Below are positions 46,345 through 56,908 of a stretch of DNA of 64,000 bases, piece by piece (position 1 is the stretch's first letter; each line of letters begins with the position of its first letter). A program made the position numbers and the translations under genes. Under the pieces are notes generated by a model that saw only the letters and a list, made by a program, of their open reading frames with translations, was not told where the DNA came from and searched no databases. The DNA is taken from sequence record MH791411.1, one strand, 5' to 3'.

Positions 46345-48081
46345 TTAAAAAGAATCGCCTAAATTATTCGGGTTAAAACCTGCACTTCCTTGTTGTTCTT
46401 GGTATTCAGCATCGGCACTTTCTAAGTTACCGTCACCATCAATACCCAAATCCATACCAGGATCGTTAGGAGCATCTATACCAACAGATTGCAACCCAGC
46501 AGCATCTTCTTCACCACTTGACGGAGCGGAACCATCTTGTGGATTTTCTTGGAGCCACATTTGCTCATTCTTAACAATATCAGCTTTAGAGAAGCCCATT
46601 TTTTCAAGAATAGTTTGTTTTGCCATATATGGCAGATCGTTAAGTGGGAGATAGGTGTTAATTAGTTTAGCATCTAGTTCCGCTTTACGATAAGAAGCCA
46701 AGTTAATAGGTGGATTCATAATTACTTCAAAAGATGAAGTACTAATGTTATATCCATTTTTAACCATAAAACGTTTAAATTCTGCATCAAATAGTTTTGC
46801 AACTAAACGTTGATAACGCATACATTGGTTATTAAAACGTAATTCACTTGCCATTGCTTGTGTTGCACCATCACCGAATAGTGATACACCACCATCATCT
46901 GGACCTTGCGGTAGATATGAAGCTGGAATTTGCAATCCACGAATCAATTTATTGTTGAAGTAACGCAAGTCATCAATCTGACCTAAGTTATCACCACCTG
47001 GAAGTGTTTGTACATCTGAACCACGACCTTCAGAAGTTTGTGGGAAGAAGTAATCTTCTAGAATACTTAATGGATTATATGCTGCATCCATTAGAGAAGT
47101 ACTGCCACCTTTATTTGAAGGAATACGTCTTTGGTGAATTTCATTTTTGAATCGTTCTACGTATGCCATTGCTTGGTGAGTTTGCATATCACCAACGTCG
47201 ATTTTAAATACACGACGCTCTGGAGCACGTTGAACACGATAGATAATAATACTATCTTCAAGTAATTCTTTTTGTTTATAGACTTTGAAAACATCTTCAA
47301 GTATACTAGTACCAAAAGGCCAAACTCCATCTTGTCCTGTATTTAGGGTTAGATGAATTACGTGTTCTGCACCAACTGGAATAACATCAAGACGACCGTT
47401 AGTACTGAATGGGTCAGCAGAGTTTCCTTGGTTAGTAAAGCCAGATGCACCACCTGCTGCTACTGAACCACCGCCACCTAATGTGGTAGGGATTGCACCA
47501 GGATATGCAGTTTTGTCAAAACCAACTTGTAAGTTACTAAACACTTTATCTTTAAGATTCAAAGATACGTCACGGATATAATAAATTACAGGGGTTTTTC
47601 CGGTTGCTTCGTTAACGAATACTTGTTCAACGTTTTTTGGGCTTACCCAGTACCAGTCAAATGTTTCTGGGTCACGAATGAAGAATTGGTCACCGTATTT
47701 TAATAGGCCACGTACAATTTCATACATTCTGGTTTTAAAATCATTTTGTTCAGTCCATGCATCCAAACGGTCTTCAATAGTAGTTACTTCTGTATCACCA
47801 ATATCATCTTTATATTTGATTTTATATGGAAGACCAAAATCTTCAGTACTTTGTGTACAGAAGTCAGCAATGATATTAAGTGCTGTTCTAATTTCAGGAT
47901 CTTGGTCCATCTGTTCATACTGACTATAACGTTCAGTACGGTTAGCTAAACCATTGTATACTACTGGAAGATAGGAAGCGAAATTGGTTTTCGTTCCTGT
48001 TGATTTGTTGCTATTACTGGACTGATTAGGGACGACCGATAACTTCGATCTCCCCATTGTCATATGTCGTTTCCAACTCAT
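46345..48081 (-). CDS. gp20: Portal protein (gp20-like)
   Basis: LLEDSIIIYRVQRAPERRVFKIDVG, EDYFFP, TLPGGDNLGQIDDLRYF, IPASYL. Confidence 0.96.
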   Translation of the reverse strand: MSWKRHMTMGRSKLSVVPNQSSNSNKSTGTKTNFASYLPVVYNGLANRTERYSQYEQMDQDPEIRTALNIIADFCTQSTEDFGLPYKIKYKDDIGDTEVTTIEDRLDAWTEQNDFKTRMYEIVRGLLKYGDQFFIRDPETFDWYWVSPKNVEQVFVNEATGKTPVIYYIRDVSLNLKDKVFSNLQVGFDKTAYPGAIPTTLGGGGSVAAGGASGFTNQGNSADPFSTNGRLDVIPVGAEHVIHLTLNTGQDGVWPFGTSILEDVFKVYKQKELLEDSIIIYRVQRAPERRVFKIDVGDMQTHQAMAYVERFKNEIHQRRIPSNKGGSTSLMDAAYNPLSILEDYFFPQTSEGRGSDVQTLPGGDNLGQIDDLRYFNNKLIRGLQIPASYLPQGPDDGGVSLFGDGATQAMASELRFNNQCMRYQRLVAKLFDAEFKRFMVKNGYNISTSSFEVIMNPPINLASYRKAELDAKLINTYLPLNDLPYMAKQTILEKMGFSKADIVKNEQMWLQENPQDGSAPSSGEEDAAGLQSVGIDAPNDPGMDLGIDGDGNLESADAEYQEQQGSAGFNPNNLGDSF

Positions 48082-48093
48082 TATTGTTCGTCC

Positions 48094-50292
48094 TTAACTG
48101 TTTCTCTCACCTTGGGTGTTTTCAGAGATAGTTCTTAGATAATTATTTGTCTGTTGTACAGCAGATAGTGATTGTTCATTAACATCGGCAAGCTTTTTGA
48201 GTATTTCTTTCATTTCATCAGAAATCGGTGCTGGTGGTCCAGTTCTCGATGTCACTGCACTACCATTATTTATCATCTTCTTAATTGCCTCTGTATCGTC
48301 AGGTTTTGGTGGAACTGGTGGTTCACCTGGTGCCCATGCAGTTTTATCAAAATCTTTACGAGATACAGTTATTTCTGGAGCAACGTTATTGGTTTTTTCA
48401 ATAACAGGACGAATACGTTCTACTCCTGGACGGTTGAATAAACTGTCAGCATAATCAGATGGTAGTGGTTTTGGTTCTTTGTAGTTACGTGAGGTGTTCC
48501 ATTTGTTGAACTTATCCCACATCCCTGCAAAATAATCACTAACACTATTTACACCGTTGTCAATGATGTTGTTTACGCTTTCTGCTGGGGTTTCAGTACT
48601 GTTATTGAGTTTTATATCATTATCAGAACCACCACCGAACCAACTTTTAACAGAATTCCATAGGTTACCTGGTAAATCCATTAAGTTATTCATAAAGGTA
48701 TCAAATGCTTCTGACACTTTAGAGTAACCTGAACCGAATATATCTGCACCCAATCCATCCAACCAAGCTGTAAATTCAGCACCAATACGATCAAGGTAAG
48801 CAATTGCATCTTTAGCAATAGGTACTAACCCAAATCCATCAAGAGCCAATTCCCCAATAAACTCCCATGCACCATCAGTTCTGTCTGCAATGTCAGAAAG
48901 ATAATCCACAATTGAATTTTGTGTATTAGCATACATTGTATTAAATGGTTCAGTGAATTCTTTACTAATCCACATATTGAAGCGGTTAGTAAATTGAGTT
49001 AATTTATCAGCGGGATTATTTTTAGGTTCATTTACGGTTGCTTCCATATCCAATAGTTGTTGGTAGAAGGTTGCAGCAGTTGTGTTTCCTAATTGAATCT
49101 GGTTAAGCAAATCTTGCTTAATTAATTCTTTATTCTTTTTAACGAATTCTAATTGTTGGCGACGAATTTCTTGTGAATCAGTTACACCACTACGTACAAG
49201 ATTTTCACCTAAATCAGCGAACTGGTTCAGTACTGGAGTGAGTAGGTCATCCGGTACGCCACCAATAGACAATCTGTGTGATATCAAACGGAGGAAATCT
49301 GCACCTGCATCACCCATTGCACCCGCAGCTTCGTTGAACGCCTTAGATGTTGCTACAGCAGCTTTACTGGATAGTCCAGAGTAGTTCTGCAATGCAATTT
49401 GCATAGAACGAGTATCGAGTGATTTATCTAGGTTTTGCGTTTTGTTTAGTAATGCATCAACGGATTCACCCATACTTTTACTGAATTTAGTCATGCTCAT
49501 GATAAATTGTTCAGTACTTTTAGCTTGGTCCATACTACGAAGAGCTTCACGACCACCATATTGTTTTTGGAACTTAATGTTTCTTGCAGTTAAATCAGTT
49601 AATGTTTTTTGAGAAATACCATAAAGGCCAAGTTCATTTTGAGCTTGTTGAACAGTTCCTAATAATTTACCAAAGGTAGCAACACCATCACCATATGCCC
49701 CATCCAATTGAGCTACTACAGAACTATGTGTTTGTAGAGCTTCACTGAATGCATCCATACTCAACATAGATGCACCTGCACCTTTCAGTACTGAACCATA
49801 ACCTTCAGCCAATGCAACACCAGCACTGTTAATTCTGGTATATACTTCCAATTGTGCATTAAGTGCGTTATATACAGCAAGACCAGCACCAGTAACGAGT
49901 TTAAATGCTGCTGCCGCTGCACCAATTGGACCTGGCATCATTGCTAATGAACCAGCAAATGATGATGCACTAACGCCTAATGAGTTTACTACAGTACTTA
50001 CGTTCGTACTGGAGTTCATCATTGTTTTGCTTACATTGGAAACTTCAGAAGATAGTGATTTGAACAATTTACCAAATGCTTTCCCATCATCGGCTTGTGC
50101 ACTTCCACGATTTCCACGATTACTGGAAGAACTGGAACTGGAACCATTCTTTTTACTATTTGAACCTGATTTTTTCTTATCATTCTTTATATTTTCAGCT
50201 AATAACTCACGGATAGCAGTCAAACTATCATTGTTATCTTTAGTTTGATTAACCAACTGCTGTAGTAGGTAATCACTTGTATTGACAGCCAT
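48094..50292 (-). CDS. Long helical tail protein (tape-measure / baseplate hub-like)
   Basis: A/G/S-rich helical 732 aa; late box at 50325-50331; divergent from gp26. Confidence 0.55.
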   Translation of the reverse strand: MAVNTSDYLLQQLVNQTKDNNDSLTAIRELLAENIKNDKKKSGSNSKKNGSSSSSSSNRGNRGSAQADDGKAFGKLFKSLSSEVSNVSKTMMNSSTNVSTVVNSLGVSASSFAGSLAMMPGPIGAAAAAFKLVTGAGLAVYNALNAQLEVYTRINSAGVALAEGYGSVLKGAGASMLSMDAFSEALQTHSSVVAQLDGAYGDGVATFGKLLGTVQQAQNELGLYGISQKTLTDLTARNIKFQKQYGGREALRSMDQAKSTEQFIMSMTKFSKSMGESVDALLNKTQNLDKSLDTRSMQIALQNYSGLSSKAAVATSKAFNEAAGAMGDAGADFLRLISHRLSIGGVPDDLLTPVLNQFADLGENLVRSGVTDSQEIRRQQLEFVKKNKELIKQDLLNQIQLGNTTAATFYQQLLDMEATVNEPKNNPADKLTQFTNRFNMWISKEFTEPFNTMYANTQNSIVDYLSDIADRTDGAWEFIGELALDGFGLVPIAKDAIAYLDRIGAEFTAWLDGLGADIFGSGYSKVSEAFDTFMNNLMDLPGNLWNSVKSWFGGGSDNDIKLNNSTETPAESVNNIIDNGVNSVSDYFAGMWDKFNKWNTSRNYKEPKPLPSDYADSLFNRPGVERIRPVIEKTNNVAPEITVSRKDFDKTAWAPGEPPVPPKPDDTEAIKKMINNGSAVTSRTGPPAPISDEMKEILKKLADVNEQSLSAVQQTNNYLRTISENTQGERNS

Positions 50293-50324
50293 AACATTCC
50301 CTTTTAATAGATGTATTATAGAAA

Positions 50325-50402
50325 TATTTATGAATCTATAACGAATAAAAAAGACCCATCTATAACATTTGTCCAATTTGTCCCATTTTTTGGTAATAAA
50401 TA
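50325..50402. promoter_or_regulatory. Divergent late boxes (- at 50325-50331, + at 50396-50402)
   Basis: ATAAATA on each strand. Confidence 0.55.
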
Positions 50403-50437
50403 CTACAGAGACATTTATTACATGGAGATTTAATAAA

Positions 50438-51274
50438 ATGGCAATGAACCCACTAGCTAAGTATACTAAAATTGAAGAACTTGGTACAAAATTGGTCACA
50501 AATGGCGTGATTCCTTATAAAGAAGGAGTTCTTGGCTCTAAAGGTATCAAATGTGGCATTTGTGCTCGTAGTGCACGCGATGAAATGACACTCAATACAC
50601 CAGATATGCTTCTAAATGGTGATGCAATTGCTCGTGTTATTGAAAACTGCGTACCTAACGTACTTGATGCAGATGAACTTTATGTAAATGACGTAGAGCA
50701 ACTACTTATCGCTATTAAAGTAGCTTCTAAAGAAGAATCATATGATATTAATGTGACATGTCCTGAATGTAACAAAGAAGGCCGTTTTGAGCGTAGCTTA
50801 TCATATCTACTAGAAACAGCACAAACTTTCAGTGAAGTTCCTACTGTACAATTGGATAATGGACTAAGTTTAGAGTTTAGACCACTTACTTGGAAGGAAT
50901 ATTCTAACTTCGCAGAAAGAATGTTTACAGAACAACAAAAAACTAAATTCCTTGAAACTGCCGAAATGGAGCAGGAAGAAAAAGTTAAAGTGTTTGGTGA
51001 AGTATTTGAAAGTATGGCACAACTCAACTTTGATATGATCGCAGGAGTTATTGCTAAAGTAATTACTCCTGAAGGTGATGAAGTAACTGAAAACGAATTC
51101 ATTGCTGAATGGCTAGGTCAGCAGTCCAAAGGAACACTTAAAATAATTCGTGAAAAAATGGATGAAGTACTTGAAATTGGTGTTTCCCATACTATGGAAG
51201 TTGAATGCAGTGACTGTAATCATCAATGGGAAATTAATGGACTGAAATATGACCCAAGTCATTTTTTCGCATAA
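50438..51274 (+). CDS. gp26: Baseplate hub subunit (gp26-like)
   Basis: NPLAKY, PDMLLNGDA, DVEQLLIAIKVAS, two CxxC (CPEC, CSDC), YDPSHFF. Confidence 0.8.
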   Translation: MAMNPLAKYTKIEELGTKLVTNGVIPYKEGVLGSKGIKCGICARSARDEMTLNTPDMLLNGDAIARVIENCVPNVLDADELYVNDVEQLLIAIKVASKEESYDINVTCPECNKEGRFERSLSYLLETAQTFSEVPTVQLDNGLSLEFRPLTWKEYSNFAERMFTEQQKTKFLETAEMEQEEKVKVFGEVFESMAQLNFDMIAGVIAKVITPEGDEVTENEFIAEWLGQQSKGTLKIIREKMDEVLEIGVSHTMEVECSDCNHQWEINGLKYDPSHFFA

Positions 51275-51483
51275 TGCTTCTCCACTCATCTCCTGAAGAA
51301 ATACAAGAAGTACTTAAGGAATTTGAGTTGAATAAGTCAGATATTAAAACTGCATTAATGGAGTGTTCTGTTTATATGGAAAGTGTTGATTACGGAACAC
51401 TACTTAATATGCCACTAATTGATAGAGACTTATTAGTTAAGTCTTTTAATAAGAAAATTAAAAAACAAAACGAGAAGCACTAA
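51274..51483 (+). CDS. Small baseplate hub-assembly protein (gp51-like)
   Basis: Coupled to gp26; YGTLLNMPLIDRDLLVK. Confidence 0.55.
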   Translation: MLLHSSPEEIQEVLKEFELNKSDIKTALMECSVYMESVDYGTLLNMPLIDRDLLVKSFNKKIKKQNEKH

Positions 51484-51491
51484 CTCACAAG

Positions 51492-51523
51492 GAGCCAGCA
51501 CATTGTTGCTGGTTTTTTTTTTT
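51492..51523 (+). terminator. Intrinsic terminator
   Basis: CCAGCA-loop-TGCTGG followed by a long T tract. Confidence 0.85.
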
Positions 51524-51712
51524 GGTTTTAAACTACAGAATTGATTGAATTGAATTATGAAAGGAATTAATTATTTTATAGTGAACTCATCTAACTCATT
51601 TCATTCGTTAGCTGAAGAATATTCGTTACTACGTAACTCATATTCATTTCTTATAATTAATTATAAAGAACTTTAAAAGATTTAATACTTGACGGGATTT
51701 GTTGAAGACATT

Positions 51713-52196
51713 TTCATCCCCCCGCAGGGGAATGAAGACAATAAAAAAGAGACAATTAAGTCTCTTAATTCTTGACGCTGATGGTTTCAGCATTTATTGT
51801 ATTGCGAATTTCTTAAAATTCATTAAGAACGAAAGCGGGTTGCTCTGTTTCTCTCTATCGCAGTCATGTGCAACGGTCGTCAGTCTTAATCATCCTGACA
51901 CTCACCTGAAAGTCTATACAATCAAACTTCAGGCTGTTTATTAAATCACTTAATAAACTCCCTTAGCAAATCTGGTAAGGTGCGATCCTTATACATCTAT
52001 CGAGGAACTCTCTGTATGCTTATCGGAGTTCTTTATTGAGCCGTGTCGCCGTGAGGGGTTCAAACTATGCCCACATCTAACGGGTTTCTTCTGCTCATCG
52101 CACTGTTGAACTGCTCATCTGCCATCTACATTTTCGATAGGATCAGGTTCTAATTTATATGCATTTCTGCATTCAACAGGATTGTCATCACTACAA
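51713..52196 (-). ncRNA. Candidate large structured non-coding RNA (family unknown)
   Basis: No credible ORF; more than 10 consecutive hairpins; promoter at 52202-52229; hairpin plus U-tract at 51766-51743. Confidence 0.45.
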
Positions 52197-52201
52197 TTAA
52201 C

Positions 52202-52229
52202 ATTATAGCACCAAATTCAAAAGTGTCTC
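52202..52229 (-). promoter_or_regulatory. Phage promoter GAGACA-N16-TATAAT pointing into the non-coding region
   Basis: Exact consensus with TGC extended -10. Confidence 0.8.
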
Positions 52230-52323
52230 ACTATTATGATAAAAAATTTATAAAAAGTACATAATTCTTGAACATTGAAGTAACGCATAAATATTTTGAT
52301 AAGAATTAGTTTAGTGGGGATTT

Positions 52324-52815
52324 ATGAAGAAAAGATTAAAAGATAGTAAAGAAGCTGCAAACTATCGAAATGAATTACTAAAGAAGCAAAAAGGAATTGA
52401 TCCTATAATTAAGGAACCAATCACTAAGCCAGTACTTGATCACTATCACTTCGAGAATCAACACTGTCGTGAAGTTCTCCAGAACGAAGTGAACGCATGG
52501 GAAGGTAAAGTACAGAACAGCTTTAATCGCTATATGAAGCACTTAACCGATAAACCCTTATACGAGGTACTACGAAATCTTGCGGATTATCTGGAGCGTA
52601 ATAACAGCATTCCTGAAGATGAGCAAGTTATACATCACACTGCACTAACAATCGATACGAATAAGTTTAAAAGGCTCCCAGCAGGACAACAGAATGCAAT
52701 ACTGGAAGAGTTAGGTGTTATCCCTGGTGCAAACAATGCTGCTCGTGTTAAGCAAGCCAGAAAGCTTATCAAGGAAGGCAAATTAAATATGGTAGATATA
52801 AAAAAAGGGAGCTAA
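52324..52815 (+). CDS. gp49: Recombination endonuclease VII (gp49-like)
   Basis: KQKGIDPI, VLDHYH, CREVL...NAWEGKV, LRNLADYLE. Confidence 0.85.
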   Translation: MKKRLKDSKEAANYRNELLKKQKGIDPIIKEPITKPVLDHYHFENQHCREVLQNEVNAWEGKVQNSFNRYMKHLTDKPLYEVLRNLADYLERNNSIPEDEQVIHHTALTIDTNKFKRLPAGQQNAILEELGVIPGANNAARVKQARKLIKEGKLNMVDIKKGS

Positions 52816-52831
52816 GGCTCCCTTTCCTTTT
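52803..52831. terminator. Bidirectional terminator
   Basis: AAAGGGAGC-TAAG-GCTCCCTTT. Confidence 0.8.
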
Positions 52832-52833
52832 AA

Positions 52834-54981
52834 TTAGAATACATCATCAAGAGTTGTATACTCAACAGTACTGAAACCATCCTCTTTAACTACTTTTAGG
52901 ATTTTCTCAGTCTTAGAAAGCAATTCTTCTCTGTGAGAAATGGCATATACATTCTTACCACGCACAGCAGCCATATCTTGGAAGATAGACCACACGCGAA
53001 GAACACCACTTGAATCAAGACCTTGGTCAATCATCTCATCAATGATAAGAATATTGATACTTTGATACAATGACTCATATGTATCACGGAAAGCACAAGA
53101 TAAAGCAATGTTTACCCTTGTACGCTCACCGCGACTAAGCTGTTTATAGTCAAAGTACTGACCACTTTTCTCAATTTCTACACTCAAATCATTCAAGAAC
53201 ACAACATTATGTTCAGAACCACACATATCAATGTAATATTGAAGACGTGTATTCAGATACGAAATGTTTTGTTCAATAATACGCTTACGGACATAAGAAT
53301 CCTTGTTTAACAACAATTTAACCAAGAAATCTTGGTGATTTGCCATCTTATCAAGGTTATTATAGTCACTATAGTCGATTGGTACTAATGAATCGGTCGT
53401 AAGTGTATTAATTTGTCCAATAAATGTGTTAGTAGTTTTCAATTCACGATCTAATTGCTGCGATAATGAAGTTACTGTCATTTCTAACTCTTTTACTTCA
53501 GATTTATTCAATGTATCTGGTACTTCTTGAAGAACATGTGCGTTCAGTTCTTCATATGATGACATAAGTTCATTAGCATAGATGTTAATTTGCTCTTCTT
53601 CACTCTTTTTAATAAGTTCTTGAAGCTTATGCTCATGCATTTGTGCTTCAGTTAGTGTAGAATAGAATGTCACAGGCTTAGGTGGCATATCAAAAATCTC
53701 AATACTATCAATTTCCTGAAGTATTGTTTCAATTTCAGAAGCGGAACTATCAATTTTCGATTGAAGTTCATTAATAGTATTTTGAATTTTATCTTTAATA
53801 GACGAAGTATGTTCATTATGTTCTAATTCGGACATACAAAGTGGACATTTACTACTCTCCACTGTTGCTAATTTGTCCACCTCAGCACGTAACGAACTCT
53901 CATGACCATTTAAAGCCACCTTTAATGCGTTAAGTTTTTGTTCTTTGAAACGTTTTTGGTTATTATTCTCTTTTAGAATACCCTCCAACTGTTTCCATAT
54001 CTCCAACTCATTGTGATTTTCTAATTCAGTACTGATATCAATAGTTTTTAGCTTATCAATACTTACATTTAATGCTAATTTTGCTGTTGCTAGTTCACGG
54101 TCATATGCATCATACTTCAAAGCTAACTCTTGCACACGTCTTTCTATTTGATCACGAGCAGCATTATGAATAAGAGCTTTCTCTTTCACTTCTGCCAAAT
54201 CATAGAGATCGTTGAAGTCTAAAGTTTTGTAGATATTCAATTCTTCAGTCAACTTAGATACTCTATTATTTTTATCAATCTCAAATTGGTTAGCTTGTTC
54301 TTGTAATGATTCAATACTTTTTTGAATACGTTCATTACTTGCAGCCACAGTTTCAATTTTAAACTTTTCTTGTTCAGCTAAACGTTTAGAATCTTTATAC
54401 ATATCCTTTAATAGTTCAGCTTTCTCTGTTAATTGTGTGATGCCCAGAAGTTCCTCAATCATATCACGTTGTTTCTGTGATGATAATGCAAGAAACGGCT
54501 CTACGTTAGCATTAAGTACTACAATATGTTCAAATAGTAGTTGAGAAATCCCAAGAATCTCGTTTAGATCTTCTTGTGTATCTTTCTTCTCCCCTCTTGA
54601 CTCATCTTCGACCTTATTATCTTTACCTAATGTAATAAAGTTGAAATACGTGGGACTTCTCCCACGCTCGACGAGATATTGTACACCATCTTTCTCGAAC
54701 TCAACAGATACTTCACAGTTTTTAGCATTAGTTTTATTAACTAAGTTTGGAATTTTGATATCGTTACCAATACTTTTTCCAAACAAACCAAAAACTAAAC
54801 CTTGAATGATGGCACTTTTACCAACACCATTACGGCGACCGGAACTATCACCACCTTCAATAACTGCATCATTGTTTTGACCAAGAACTAACGATATATC
54901 AGCACCAGACAAATCAATTACTTGTGGTGCATTGCCAAATGAAAAGAAGTTCCTCATTGATATACGTGTAATGTTTAGCAC
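52834..54981 (-). CDS. gp46: SbcC/Rad50-like ATPase (gp46)
   Basis: NGVGKS, zinc hook CPLC, LSRGE, LIIDEMID, ISH. Confidence 0.95.
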   Translation of the reverse strand: MLNITRISMRNFFSFGNAPQVIDLSGADISLVLGQNNDAVIEGGDSSGRRNGVGKSAIIQGLVFGLFGKSIGNDIKIPNLVNKTNAKNCEVSVEFEKDGVQYLVERGRSPTYFNFITLGKDNKVEDESRGEKKDTQEDLNEILGISQLLFEHIVVLNANVEPFLALSSQKQRDMIEELLGITQLTEKAELLKDMYKDSKRLAEQEKFKIETVAASNERIQKSIESLQEQANQFEIDKNNRVSKLTEELNIYKTLDFNDLYDLAEVKEKALIHNAARDQIERRVQELALKYDAYDRELATAKLALNVSIDKLKTIDISTELENHNELEIWKQLEGILKENNNQKRFKEQKLNALKVALNGHESSLRAEVDKLATVESSKCPLCMSELEHNEHTSSIKDKIQNTINELQSKIDSSASEIETILQEIDSIEIFDMPPKPVTFYSTLTEAQMHEHKLQELIKKSEEEQINIYANELMSSYEELNAHVLQEVPDTLNKSEVKELEMTVTSLSQQLDRELKTTNTFIGQINTLTTDSLVPIDYSDYNNLDKMANHQDFLVKLLLNKDSYVRKRIIEQNISYLNTRLQYYIDMCGSEHNVVFLNDLSVEIEKSGQYFDYKQLSRGERTRVNIALSCAFRDTYESLYQSINILIIDEMIDQGLDSSGVLRVWSIFQDMAAVRGKNVYAISHREELLSKTEKILKVVKEDGFSTVEYTTLDDVF

Positions 54982-54993
54982 AATAAATTTCCC

Positions 54994-56025
54994 TTATAGT
55001 GATCTGTAAATTTGGATTAGAAGATTTTTATCGAACATAGGTGAATCAATTTCCATGATTTGTTGTAACACAATCTCATCAACTGACTCAGTACTTTCAA
55101 AGCTTTCACCATCTTCAATAAGTTCTTTGATACTTTGCTTGCTAGTAACAACGTTAAACTCACGAATGTTATAAAGTTTAGTAAAAGTATCACGAATAAA
55201 ACTAATCTCATCAGTAGTGATAGCAATATCAACTTGAACCTTTGAAATAGTATTGTCTTGAAGATAATAACTTGGATCTGTTAATAGTTCTGAAAGTGTA
55301 AATGTTCTATATTTTGGTGCTTCTGACCAAGAATGGAAAGTTGGTTCTTTACCATGTTCTAAAATCATCACACCTCTTGCATCATCCCATGTATCAGAAA
55401 AGTTATGTGGGAAACAGTTACCTGTGTAAATTACACGAGTTCCTTTAGATGTTGTTTTTGCTTGTCTCTTGTGGAAATGTCCACTAAAAACATACTCACA
55501 ACCACCAAAAGAACCTTCAGTCTCTTTACCATGATCTGGCATCTCAACCATTTTATTGAGCAAGTATCCAGGTAACTCTAAGTGACCAAAAACATACTTA
55601 CTTTTAAGTTGAGGTAGAACTTTGTATTCATCTTCAATCATAAATGGAATGAAAGTACAATCATCAAATGTTGTGATTTCATTAATGAACTCGATGTTCT
55701 CATAAACTTGTGCCATATTAATACTAGTAATGTCACGTTTATTTTTATGATACATGTCATGGTTCCCAACTAAGAAGTAAACCTTATCAAAGTTGTCATT
55801 TAGTAATTGTAGAATTTGTAAACCATAGTTTAATGTTTGAATGTTAATATTACTGCGGTTATGGAAGTAATCTCCCATAAACACGCATACAGTAATACCA
55901 TTTTTCTTAGCAAGTTCAATCATAAACTTGATGAAGTTCAAACAATCTTCGTTGTGCTGCTTGCTGTTATTCTTTAATCCTAAATGAATATCAGTAAATG
56001 TAATTGCTTTATCAAATAGAGCCAT
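54994..56025 (-). CDS. gp47: SbcD/Mre11-like nuclease (gp47)
   Basis: TDIHLG, GDYFH, GNHD, GHLE, SGHFH. Confidence 0.95.
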   Translation of the reverse strand: MALFDKAITFTDIHLGLKNNSKQHNEDCLNFIKFMIELAKKNGITVCVFMGDYFHNRSNINIQTLNYGLQILQLLNDNFDKVYFLVGNHDMYHKNKRDITSINMAQVYENIEFINEITTFDDCTFIPFMIEDEYKVLPQLKSKYVFGHLELPGYLLNKMVEMPDHGKETEGSFGGCEYVFSGHFHKRQAKTTSKGTRVIYTGNCFPHNFSDTWDDARGVMILEHGKEPTFHSWSEAPKYRTFTLSELLTDPSYYLQDNTISKVQVDIAITTDEISFIRDTFTKLYNIREFNVVTSKQSIKELIEDGESFESTESVDEIVLQQIMEIDSPMFDKNLLIQIYRSL

Positions 56026-56851
56026 CTTCGTTTTTCCTTTCAATCATGTTCATTTCAATTTCGATTTGACGAGTGTGTGATGGTGTAAAACCATGCATCT
56101 CAAGTAAATCGTCTCGGATGTTACGAACATTTTTCTCACTATTAAGAATCGAACGGAAACTATTGTTAACGAACGAAGTATAGTAAGAGAAAGGATTCAA
56201 CTGTACTGCTGGTTTATCTTTTTTGTAAAGAATACTCTCTTTAAAGAGAAGTGCGTTTTTAACTAATTGTATTCTGGCATCACCCATCATTTCATCCAAA
56301 TATGTATAGTTTCTATAGTTGGATTTGTGTGAGATTTCCTCTGCCAGTTTAATGAACATTTTACCTAGTTCATTAGTGATTTTACCATGAACAGTACTGA
56401 ATTCTCCGTCTTCAAGATCACCTTTCCAGTGAGAACGAACGACTTCGTACAGAATACCTTCTTCATCTACAATGTAATGTTTGAATGGTTCAAAATTTAC
56501 TCTTGTATCTGCTGGGATATGTTCATCGGTAATTACACGAATAACCACCTCATCGATAGGTACATCAGTCAGTACTAAATTGTGCTCATCTGCGTATTCC
56601 TTCGCTTTCTTCGCACTCATACCTTCTTTTTCACGAATTGCATCAAGCATTTCATTGTTGAGACGTTTAATACGTGCTGCTTTAGCTTTATCTAAAAGTT
56701 CTGCTGTAATTTCGGATTCATCAAAAACGATATAATCGTACATACTGTAGCACTTATCTAGTAACCAGCAATATGAGATTTTACTTTTTTGTATCTCACG
56801 AAGTAAATCAGCATTGTTAAGATACTTTTTACGCTTCGGCCTATTTGTCAT
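56012..56851 (-). CDS. gp55: Late-transcription sigma factor (gp55-like)
   Basis: YLNNADLL, SHKSNYRNYTYLDEM, NPFSYYT..N.F. Confidence 0.88.
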   Translation of the reverse strand: MTNRPKRKKYLNNADLLREIQKSKISYCWLLDKCYSMYDYIVFDESEITAELLDKAKAARIKRLNNEMLDAIREKEGMSAKKAKEYADEHNLVLTDVPIDEVVIRVITDEHIPADTRVNFEPFKHYIVDEEGILYEVVRSHWKGDLEDGEFSTVHGKITNELGKMFIKLAEEISHKSNYRNYTYLDEMMGDARIQLVKNALLFKESILYKKDKPAVQLNPFSYYTSFVNNSFRSILNSEKNVRNIRDDLLEMHGFTPSHTRQIEIEMNMIERKNEDGSI

Positions 56852-56908
56852 TATTTCAACTCTCCATGTTTTAAATCCAATAGGTACATTCCTTGTACCA
56901 TCAATGTT

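Noticed and set aside
51699-51944. 81-aa + strand ORF in the large gap
   Set aside because: No clear RBS, atypical composition, lies downstream of a terminator and coincides with the hairpin array.
51484-52323. tRNA, tmRNA, RNase P or group I intron in the gap
   Set aside because: No T-loop/CCA, GGGGCTG or RNase P motifs were recognised, and no flanking gene is interrupted. A covariance search is still needed.
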